Shown here one piece after another: positions 28,282 through 36,438 of a DNA stretch of 64,000 nt. This DNA comes from a virus. Its lineage: Duplodnaviria > Caudoviricetes. Numbering within the stretch: the stretch's first letter is position 1; each line of letters opens with the position of its first letter. The stretch lies in the IMG/VR virus record IMGVR_UViG_3300021181_000004, one strand, 5' to 3'. The position numbers were made by a program, and so were the translations under genes. The notes under the pieces are model-generated. The model was given only the letters and a program-made list of their open reading frames with translations, searched no databases and had not been told where the DNA came from.

Positions 28282-30276
28282 TTATCTACGACCTCGCCGT
28301 CCCACGCTTCTGTGCATGAACGGATTTTTCACTGGTATACCACCGCCCATTTGTGATTGCATAAGGACTTTATGCTGACGGTCTAAAATTCGTAAATCTT
28401 GAATCGATACTGCATCCACACTCATGATTGGAGCGGGATTCTTAAACATTTGTTCTTGCATGACTAAACTTAAGCCACTTGGATCTAGAGTCATGCGGCC
28501 TTCTTCGTTTAGCCATTTCAAGGCAAGATAAGCACAACCTTGCGTTGCATCCGACATGTCATCATGAGAGTCTTTCTCTAGTGGGGCTTCTACACGAACC
28601 TGATACTTGTTCGTATACTGAGCTTCCACCATCTTCATTTCATGGAGGTATTTCGGCACGTAGGGAAATGATACACTTCCTCTGTCAATATAGCCTTTAA
28701 GAGTAAAAGCCATCTGAGAGTTAATCGCCGAGGTTAGATTGATAAGTTCAACATTATGGATCTGATTTAATTCAAGAAATTGAATCAGAAGCTGGCCCCC
28801 GTATTGATCCGTTCCTCCTTTGAAACATGGCATGGCTTCGTTAAGGCGAGCAAGCCAAGCCACAACATCTTCTACCGGGAGGCTTCGATACCCGACATAT
28901 TTCTTATTGGTGAGAAGAGGATCATGGATCCAGCGTGGAAATTCAAATTCTTCTCCTACCATCATGCGGTCTATGTAATCAAATACAAGTTTAATGCCTG
29001 TAGCTCCTGTGGATTCTAGATGAGCGATGGCTACAGCTGTGGCATCGTGGTCCAGGCCTAAATCAATCCACCAAAAGAATTGACGGCCAATAGAGGTGGT
29101 ATTGAATGCTACAAGGTTCTCCCTTGCAGTTCCTGCTATGGGATTTTCACCTTTTTCGTCCCATTGACAATCAACGCAAGACTTTAGTGCCGCTTCAGTA
29201 ACATAGGTTTCTGATGACTCTAGAAATTCACCACCGAATTCAGCTTTCCATGTGAGGGAATTCTTATCATATTCATCGCGCAGAACCTCTTCCGTAATGC
29301 GGTGATTCATTTCCGCTGTACTTAGTCGGAGAGTAAAAATTTTACTATCTGCTCCTTGCTCAAGAGCCATTTTGTGGAGATCGTACATCTTACCAACTTT
29401 TTTCCAGGGGCTGCTGATGGATAAGATGAGACGATCGATAACATCGGTGGTTTCGCCATTTATAGTTTCTTTATGAGAAAATTGGGTCGTGGACGGGGTG
29501 GCGGCAGCATAGACTTCATCTGAGGTGCTCCCCTTCTCAGAACGAAAATGGGCAAATTCATCAAAAGCTAAAAATAGAGAAGAAGGGCCACGAACTGCAG
29601 TTGTGGTACACGCAAAGCTCTGCACCTTTATGGTAGGTGTTACATCACGTTTCTGGCGGTCTGATTCTGACACAAATTTCATGGATTCATTTGAGAGGGT
29701 ACGCAGATATGGGGTGAAAAATGGACCACGATTTATGTCCTCTTTCATCTTTTCAAACAAGCGATTTGCACCAAGGTCATCAGCAGAGAGAAATGTGAAG
29801 TCTATAGGTGAACCCGGTACGAGTTGCCAAAATTCTTGTGGGCTAAAGATATTCAACAACTGGTACAAAGCGTACCCAGCCATTGCCGATACTACTTGAG
29901 ATTTCCCCCCACGACGACCAACTATGAAGCAGCCCTCATTGTAGCCGTCGCTAGATAGATCCTGCCAGTTGTCTACATTACAACGACCTTGATCGTGCAA
30001 TATATGAAGAAACTCTATTTCACTGACTTCACGTTCTAGTTTCGAATGGAATTTATCCCACATGGGGACTACGACAGGTTTATAATCTAAGGGTACACCA
30101 AACATCACTTTAACAATAGTTCGTTGCGCTGGATATAGTTTAATGCCGAGACCTTGGGATGACTCGATAAAATCCGTTGCGTTCAATACAGATTTTCCAC
30201 TGTCTACGGCAGCACGGACGATTCTACCAAAAGTAGAGTTAGCCGTTCTTTTAGAGAATCGTTCTTGTTTAGGCAT
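28282..30276 (-). CDS. terL: Terminase large subunit
   Basis: Walker A VGRRGGKS, Walker B LAFDEFAH, ISSPW coupling motif, nuclease WIDLGLDHDATA and SHDDMSDA. Confidence 0.93.
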   Translation of the reverse strand: MPKQERFSKRTANSTFGRIVRAAVDSGKSVLNATDFIESSQGLGIKLYPAQRTIVKVMFGVPLDYKPVVVPMWDKFHSKLEREVSEIEFLHILHDQGRCNVDNWQDLSSDGYNEGCFIVGRRGGKSQVVSAMAGYALYQLLNIFSPQEFWQLVPGSPIDFTFLSADDLGANRLFEKMKEDINRGPFFTPYLRTLSNESMKFVSESDRQKRDVTPTIKVQSFACTTTAVRGPSSLFLAFDEFAHFRSEKGSTSDEVYAAATPSTTQFSHKETINGETTDVIDRLILSISSPWKKVGKMYDLHKMALEQGADSKIFTLRLSTAEMNHRITEEVLRDEYDKNSLTWKAEFGGEFLESSETYVTEAALKSCVDCQWDEKGENPIAGTARENLVAFNTTSIGRQFFWWIDLGLDHDATAVAIAHLESTGATGIKLVFDYIDRMMVGEEFEFPRWIHDPLLTNKKYVGYRSLPVEDVVAWLARLNEAMPCFKGGTDQYGGQLLIQFLELNQIHNVELINLTSAINSQMAFTLKGYIDRGSVSFPYVPKYLHEMKMVEAQYTNKYQVRVEAPLEKDSHDDMSDATQGCAYLALKWLNEEGRMTLDPSGLSLVMQEQMFKNPAPIMSVDAVSIQDLRILDRQHKVLMQSQMGGGIPVKNPFMHRSVGRRGRR

Positions 30277-30320
30277 TCAAATCCTTCACACTGTAAAGGG
30301 ATTTGGTATTGGTCGGATAT

Positions 30321-30350
30321 AAAAGAAAGACCCCACCGAAGTGGGGTCTT
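30321..30350 (-). terminator. Intrinsic terminator
   Basis: aagaccccac-cgaa-gtggggtctt with a flanking A run. Confidence 0.75.
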
Positions 30351-30370
30351 GTTTGAAACAGACTGAATTG

Positions 30371-30961
30371 CTACTTCTTGTGAATGTGATGCACTGTGAC
30401 GAGGTTCTCGCAAGATGCAACACCATTACAGACCTTTGCATCCCACTGAGCCTTTATTCCTTCCGCAGTAGGCAGATAAGCAGCAACAGAACTGGCCTGT
30501 TTTGCCACCTTGTCCTTAGCAGCAACTTGGTTAGTCTGCAATTGAGGAATTAGAGTAACCACATCGTTTACTACGCCGATGATGAGATTGACCCAATTCG
30601 TAACCAGAGTAACAGTGTTTGGATCGACAATGTGAGCAGCCTTAAGAGCAGCGGACAAATTCGTCTTTACTGCTGCTAGAGCGGCTTGCAGCTTTGCAAG
30701 ATCCGTTTGTGACCCAGAGGCCTCATAACCATTATAAGCTGTCTGGACTACAGTTAACGAGTTGATGCCGATAGTGGCAATCGAAGCGCAAGCAGTAGCA
30801 TCACCCTGATTTTCGATAGCGATAGACGAACAGATTACGTTTCCGGTCTGTAACGCTAGATCGATATCCGATAGAACTTGGTTTACTGCGTTAGCTTGAC
30901 AGCCCACTAGGGCTACTGCAAGTACAATTGCAAGAAATTTGCTACCAAAAGAACGATTCAT
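30371..30961 (-). CDS. Lipoprotein
   Basis: Lipobox LAVALVGC; helical body. Confidence 0.7.
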   Translation of the reverse strand: MNRSFGSKFLAIVLAVALVGCQANAVNQVLSDIDLALQTGNVICSSIAIENQGDATACASIATIGINSLTVVQTAYNGYEASGSQTDLAKLQAALAAVKTNLSAALKAAHIVDPNTVTLVTNWVNLIIGVVNDVVTLIPQLQTNQVAAKDKVAKQASSVAAYLPTAEGIKAQWDAKVCNGVASCENLVTVHHIHKK

Positions 30962-31062
30962 GATTCACCTCACTAATCAATACTAAAGTTTGATTTTGTT
31001 CAAACAAAAAGAAGACCCGTCATAAAGACGGGTCCAGTTCTCTTCTACACGTGGTAGATGAA

Positions 31063-31617
31063 TTACTTAGGTTTTCCACCGCCAGCATGTCCACCGCTTG
31101 CGTGATTAGCATGCCCTTGCGCCCTTTGTGCGCTCGGCTTGCTAATTGGCTTGGTGTTCTGCTTTGCATGTTCAGCATTGACTGTCTTGTTGTTTTCAAC
31201 AGTCTTGTTGTTCACATGCTCGGTATTAACCGTTTTGTTGTTAACATGTTCATTGTTAACAGTTTTATCGTTATGAACACTGCTGCGATAGCCAGCATTA
31301 TTGCGATAGCCATAGAAGTTACCACTGAAACGGTGACCTCCCCAGCCATGGTTGTATCCCCAGTGCTCCCAAGGTCCTACACCGATGAAGATGCCTCCAT
31401 AGAAGTAGTCTGGGCCGTAAAACCCTTCGGGGACACAGGCATACGGTTCATAATCATAGTAACCCCATTCACAAACAGGGGGTTCGCCAATTTCAACGCC
31501 AACAGCAGGAACGCCGATACCGACGCTAACCTGTGCTTGTGCTGGCATTGCAAATGCGCCCATTAACAGCGCGAGAGCTACAGCAAATGTTGCCAAAAAT
31601 GTTTTCATTTTGTTCAC
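31063..31617 (-). CDS. Secreted Gly/Tyr/Pro-rich protein, probably host-derived
   Basis: Signal ...AMPAQAQVSVGIGV, then PPVCEWGYYDYEPYACVPEGFYGPDYFYGGIFIGVGPW, resembling a family recalled from Acidobacteria. Confidence 0.65.
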   Translation of the reverse strand: MNKMKTFLATFAVALALLMGAFAMPAQAQVSVGIGVPAVGVEIGEPPVCEWGYYDYEPYACVPEGFYGPDYFYGGIFIGVGPWEHWGYNHGWGGHRFSGNFYGYRNNAGYRSSVHNDKTVNNEHVNNKTVNTEHVNNKTVENNKTVNAEHAKQNTKPISKPSAQRAQGHANHASGGHAGGGKPK

Positions 31618-31722
31618 CTCTGTTTAATACTTTGAAAGTTCAGAGATTGAGATAAACTAATTTGTTTACAACAATTTACGAAACTTTACACAGTAGGTTT
31701 AGTACAAGGTTTAACGTAGTGT

Positions 31723-33276
31723 TTAGTGGAAGAATTCTTCGCCTATGACATCTGCCTTGCAGCATGAAGACTGACCAATGGAGTACTCGCCCATTGTTAC
31801 GGTTCGGCCACATTTGCCGCATACTGCACCAGGATGATCTTGTTCTATTTCTGTTGGGGCTGACTTAAATTCTCCAGGTTTGGGGCGTTCAATATACTTT
31901 CCGCCGCTAGGAGAACTTTTTTCTTGAGGAGGTTTTTCGTTGAACAAATGTTCGTGCAAAGATGGATTTAAGGCAACCTTCTTTTTAACATCCCAAACCA
32001 ATCCACGCTTTGTGAGAATTTCCAAAGCACCCTTATGGGAGGGATTAACTAATAAACGAGATGCTGCGATCTTCAGTACCGTGTATTCACTGGAGCCTTT
32101 CTTAAGTGAACCAGATACACGAACTTCTTGAACATCGCCCGTAGCACGAAGACCAGCTTGAATTAGTGGTTTAATGATCTCACGACGTTGAACTTGAACT
32201 TTATTACGGTTGCTGTAGCCTTGAGCTGGCCCCTTCTTCCAATCTTGACCTGTTTGACCCGAAGGAACCACATCAAAGAATCCATAGCGCGATGTAATGC
32301 TGTCTTTGTCATCGTAAATCAGGTGCCACTCATCAACGTAAGCTGTATCATGCTGTCTGTAGGATCCGTCAGGAAGTTCTTCCCCACCTGTCCACTCTGC
32401 GTATTCTTGAGCCGCGCGATCTAGTTGAGCATCATCACGATAGGTTATGAACAGTTTATAGCCAACGTTCTCTAAAGCACCAGCCATTTGTTGTGGATCA
32501 CCTTGCGCACCTGAAACAGCAACAGAATTCTGAATACGATCGTTCTTCTTGTTTTGCTTATCCGCTTGATCTTGTTGTGCGTGTTCTGCGTCATCGCGTT
32601 GTTTGATTTCTTGATTTTTGTTCTCGACTTCACCCAGAGAACGTACATCAGCAGCTGGTACCTCTTTTGTTACCTTACCATTGGAGACAGTGACCATGTC
32701 ACCATTGATGGCTTGGACAGTTCCCTTTAGTGTCATACCACCCAAACGAGCTTGAACTTCATCTCCAATTTGAAATGACGGAGCCATACCCGGTGCAGTC
32801 CCAGTTGGTTCGGCGGTCTTCATGGCTGATTGCTTAGTCTGACCAAGTCTGCTGAATCTGGTATCCAATATTTTTGAAAGAGACCCATCACCTAGCAGAC
32901 CAGTTTGCCATTTGCTAGTTCCTCGTCTCAATCCCCAAGAACCTTCGTCCTGACTAAAAAATCCTTGCCAGCCGCTTGGGCCAGAAAATAGATGAACATC
33001 TGATTCTTCTTCATCATACTCTGGACCTTTGAATCCGTGGTTTAAAAATTCGTCGTCCGGATGTTCCTCTTCTCGTGCGGTTAGAAATTGATTGAAAGCA
33101 GAGGTCTTGGCGGGGGTAAACACACCAGAATAGAATTCTGAATCATCTGCGGAGGCTTCTTTGGATTGTGCTATTGCTGCAAGATGGGTGAATGAAAAGA
33201 GAGAAGATTCGTCGTCAGCTTGCTTGGAGCTGAAGTTTGTGCTGCCCATCAAATCCTGCCACTGATTCGTGCTCAT
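31723..33276 (-). CDS. K-x-A mosaic protein with KOW/Tudor-like module
   Basis: KTAEP then FQIGDEVQA...KGTVQAINGDMVTV; KQADD, KEASA, KIAAS; terminal CxxC..CC. Confidence 0.6.
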   Translation of the reverse strand: MSTNQWQDLMGSTNFSSKQADDESSLFSFTHLAAIAQSKEASADDSEFYSGVFTPAKTSAFNQFLTAREEEHPDDEFLNHGFKGPEYDEEESDVHLFSGPSGWQGFFSQDEGSWGLRRGTSKWQTGLLGDGSLSKILDTRFSRLGQTKQSAMKTAEPTGTAPGMAPSFQIGDEVQARLGGMTLKGTVQAINGDMVTVSNGKVTKEVPAADVRSLGEVENKNQEIKQRDDAEHAQQDQADKQNKKNDRIQNSVAVSGAQGDPQQMAGALENVGYKLFITYRDDAQLDRAAQEYAEWTGGEELPDGSYRQHDTAYVDEWHLIYDDKDSITSRYGFFDVVPSGQTGQDWKKGPAQGYSNRNKVQVQRREIIKPLIQAGLRATGDVQEVRVSGSLKKGSSEYTVLKIAASRLLVNPSHKGALEILTKRGLVWDVKKKVALNPSLHEHLFNEKPPQEKSSPSGGKYIERPKPGEFKSAPTEIEQDHPGAVCGKCGRTVTMGEYSIGQSSCCKADVIGEEFFH

Positions 33277-33285
33277 TAGTACCCT

Positions 33286-34188
33286 CTATTCTCTAATCAG
33301 AAAGTTAAAGTTATAACCAGCGTCTTTGCACGCCTGCCTCTTAGCTTTATTCATTTCCCAATATTCTGAGTAGCCGTATAAAGTCCATGTAGACTTCACT
33401 TCCAAAATAAGATTAAGATGTGGGATATAGAAATCTGGAAAATAACGGCGCTTCCTGCCTTTTAGCTCGTACCAAATTACTGGAACCTTGGATTGACTTG
33501 TTAATATTTCTTCCTCCAGGATACCCTGCTTTAGCAGTTCCGAAACAACTTGAGGTTCATACCCTTGAAGACGGGTTATTTTTCCGGAAGGATAAACAAA
33601 TAATTTGCTCCGAAGAGAACTTCGCTGTTGTTTTTCTAAAATGTGAGGAACCTGCATAGGGTTATTCACTCCAAACTTTTCTTGGAAGAATTTTTGTACT
33701 TTTGATTGGAAATCTTCCATCAAAAATGGGCATGAGCAGCCATAGCGTTCTTGTAAAGTCTGAATTTTTCTTTCTTTAACTTCACTAAGTTGTGTTGGGT
33801 TAACAACGCCGTATTTTGTGAGGAAAGTTCTCCGAAGTTTGTCTACAACATCCTTTGACTGCATAGCATTTTTAACCCCGTAGCGAATCATCGAGGTATC
33901 TTGCATCTTTTGAATGATCAAAGGAGATTTAGCTGGTACAGTTACGCCGTAGTTCTGAAGTAGGGTAGCCTTGGACTTTTCTCTAAAATCGGGAGCTTGG
34001 AAAGCTAGCACCCCATATCTTATAAGTGAGGTTTTCTTTCTCTTGTCTAGAATGGCAGAACATTGTGAGAAAATTCTAGAGCAGCATGGTCGTTTTAATT
34101 TCCCGGCTGTGAATTGGGCCGTTTTGTTACAGCCATAGTAGCACAACTCAGAATCACTCGGATTCTTTTGTACCACACACGAATTCAT
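33286..34188 (-). CDS. Free-standing homing endonuclease (KYGV repeats + PD-(D/E)XK domain)
   Basis: Repeats RYGV/NYGV/KYGV/KFGV and C-terminal QGYE...RRYFPDFYIPHLNLILEVKS. Confidence 0.8.
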   Translation of the reverse strand: MNSCVVQKNPSDSELCYYGCNKTAQFTAGKLKRPCCSRIFSQCSAILDKRKKTSLIRYGVLAFQAPDFREKSKATLLQNYGVTVPAKSPLIIQKMQDTSMIRYGVKNAMQSKDVVDKLRRTFLTKYGVVNPTQLSEVKERKIQTLQERYGCSCPFLMEDFQSKVQKFFQEKFGVNNPMQVPHILEKQQRSSLRSKLFVYPSGKITRLQGYEPQVVSELLKQGILEEEILTSQSKVPVIWYELKGRKRRYFPDFYIPHLNLILEVKSTWTLYGYSEYWEMNKAKRQACKDAGYNFNFLIRE

Positions 34189-36433
34189 AAGTAAGTACCA
34201 TAGAATCAGTATCTATACTGGACGCACGAACAAAAACTTCATAAGAAAACCCGTTTTTCACACCCTCACACCAAACACAAGATTGTGCCCAAGAGTCGTC
34301 TATAGCACCTTGAATTTGAGAATCCGTGAGTTTTTCTAGTAAGTATTTGACACGAGATGCGGGGTCTACCAGGCTCATGTTAACGGCCATGAAACTTGGT
34401 TGAGCCTTCTCCACTTGTGCAAGTTGAACTTCCCCAACACCAGGTATTTTATCCATTAAAGGTCGAGAAGTTACTTTGAATCCTGCAACAAGAGTAGCAG
34501 CAATCTCACCACACACTTTGGTTAAGAATTTTGTAAATTGGCCAGCTTCATCTTCTGCTGCTACCTTGTGACTGACAATGGCCAGGGCTGCGCCGTCCGG
34601 ACCTGCATCGTAGTTCTGATAGAATTCGTCGGTAAATTGAGGCCCTCTGATATCTTGCTCGCGTCTTAGAGGAGCACCTTCCAGCACTTCCGGCTTACCG
34701 TCACGACCAATTCCCGCGCCAGCTGCTGGAGACGTGCTGACATAAGAGAGCTTGGTTGTTTCTAAAGATCCTTCCACCGCTGCTGCAATATCGTTATCGT
34801 AGCCTTGGGAGATATCGATGTCCTCGATCATCGGGGAGTTATTAGCATTCGGATAATCCACCAGTTCATGCTGGAGTTCTGGGTAGAACTCGCGTAGAGC
34901 TTGACCAGGGAAGTAGTAATTGAAGCCTGCTTCTTTACCTTCTTCTACGTGACGAATCTCCCGTTCAATCTTCTTGCGTTCTTCTGGATTGCCATCGCCG
35001 ATAGACTTGCGTTTCAGTGCGTCAATCTTCTCTTGTTTGTCGGCGCTTGCAGCCTGTTTTGCCATCTTCTCTATATTTTCTTCCACGACTCCTTCCTCAT
35101 AACCGTTAGTCAATAAAAATTGACGAAGAGCTTCATAATCAGGAGACGTGACGTGTACTCGAAACATCTCTTCCGCAGGCCATTCTGCATCGATTTCTCC
35201 CTTTATTTCTGGATGAGATTGCAGATATTTTAAAACATCTGTTTTTATTTCAGTAGAAAATTCAGGATTAGAGGCAAAGTCTGGGCTACTATGAACTGTA
35301 TCGTCCTTACTTTGATTGAAAGTGCTTGGGGAGCATTCCTCACAGACTCCTTCAGGGCATAATTTCTTCCGTTTGCCGCAAAAGCCGCACTCCCCAATGG
35401 ACGGATCTGCTGCGGAATCAGAGGCGAGATCTGCCTTGATCGCTGAGATCTGAGGAGTGTGAGCATCGATGTCAGTCCCGCCCATTGCACCACCCGCGCC
35501 GTCGTTGGTGATGGGCGTAGAGCCTTCTTTATATGGACCTTCCTGCAGTTCAATTTCGCATTCTTCGCACAATCCTGTAGGCTCTAATAATCTAGCTTGA
35601 TCGCAGTTAGAGCAACGTTCGACATTGGGGGAATCCTCTGTTGTTTCATAGCTAGGGGTATCTACACTGTAATTGCCTGGAGAGTTTTGTATTCCGAACG
35701 GGCCTGCTGTTTTCTTAGAAGCGACACGAGTCATCTTAGCTTCAGTTTCTTTGACTTTCTGCTTTGCGATGTTGATGATCACTTGACGACCCTGGACCTC
35801 ATCCTTGGGGATTACGACTTCTTTGCTTTCCACGTTGCCTACGCCGGGAACATGTTCTTCTGCAATCCCGTGGTCCTTCTCTACACTCTGCACTTCTTGT
35901 TCCTTTTCCTGAATCGATTTCCCGACTTCGAATTCTTTCTGCGCATCTAGAGATTCGCGCATCGCGTTCACGTTTGCATCTTCAGCCTTCTGCAGATTAC
36001 CAGGGAGAACTGCAACACCACCGTCTGCTTTCTTAGCGAATGGCTCCATACCTTTTTCTTTGCGAGTCTTTGCGCAGGAGTCGCAGCATCCCTTTTCAAG
36101 AGCCTCTGCATAATCAACATGATGCTCACAATATTTGCACTTAGCTGCTCTCTTTTGTACCGATGCTGCTATCGCTCCCAATTCAGAAAACAGATCAGTG
36201 GAGCTGTTGTCAGATGCAATTTGGCTGTCTACTTGAACAGGGACGTCGTGAGCTTCTGGAGGGTCGGTAATCTGGTCAGATTTCGGTTGCTCCCCGTTGT
36301 CGCTTTCACCTTGGGAGACTGGGAATTCCTCGGCAGCGATTTTCTGAGTTACCAAACCTAGGTCCCAATCGTCGCGATGACCGAGGACGTGGCTGCTTCC
36401 ACTTGCCTGCTGACCTGCAAATTTGCTGAGCAT
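34154..36433 (-). CDS. K-x-A mosaic polyprotein (ORF track 773 aa; likely ATG 36433)
   Basis: KIAAE, KRAAK, KKADG, KKTAGPF, KQAAS, KEAGF, KVAAE motifs separating acidic and CxxC modules. Confidence 0.7.
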   Translation of the reverse strand: MLSKFAGQQASGSSHVLGHRDDWDLGLVTQKIAAEEFPVSQGESDNGEQPKSDQITDPPEAHDVPVQVDSQIASDNSSTDLFSELGAIAASVQKRAAKCKYCEHHVDYAEALEKGCCDSCAKTRKEKGMEPFAKKADGGVAVLPGNLQKAEDANVNAMRESLDAQKEFEVGKSIQEKEQEVQSVEKDHGIAEEHVPGVGNVESKEVVIPKDEVQGRQVIINIAKQKVKETEAKMTRVASKKTAGPFGIQNSPGNYSVDTPSYETTEDSPNVERCSNCDQARLLEPTGLCEECEIELQEGPYKEGSTPITNDGAGGAMGGTDIDAHTPQISAIKADLASDSAADPSIGECGFCGKRKKLCPEGVCEECSPSTFNQSKDDTVHSSPDFASNPEFSTEIKTDVLKYLQSHPEIKGEIDAEWPAEEMFRVHVTSPDYEALRQFLLTNGYEEGVVEENIEKMAKQAASADKQEKIDALKRKSIGDGNPEERKKIEREIRHVEEGKEAGFNYYFPGQALREFYPELQHELVDYPNANNSPMIEDIDISQGYDNDIAAAVEGSLETTKLSYVSTSPAAGAGIGRDGKPEVLEGAPLRREQDIRGPQFTDEFYQNYDAGPDGAALAIVSHKVAAEDEAGQFTKFLTKVCGEIAATLVAGFKVTSRPLMDKIPGVGEVQLAQVEKAQPSFMAVNMSLVDPASRVKYLLEKLTDSQIQGAIDDSWAQSCVWCEGVKNGFSYEVFVRASSIDTDSMVLTYEFVCGTKESE

Positions 36434-36438
36434 CTTTT

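Noticed and set aside
28282-30276. Intein or intron in terminase, protease or MCP
   Set aside because: Frames are continuous with normal motif spacing; no C/S...HN intein ends or LAGLIDADG blocks.
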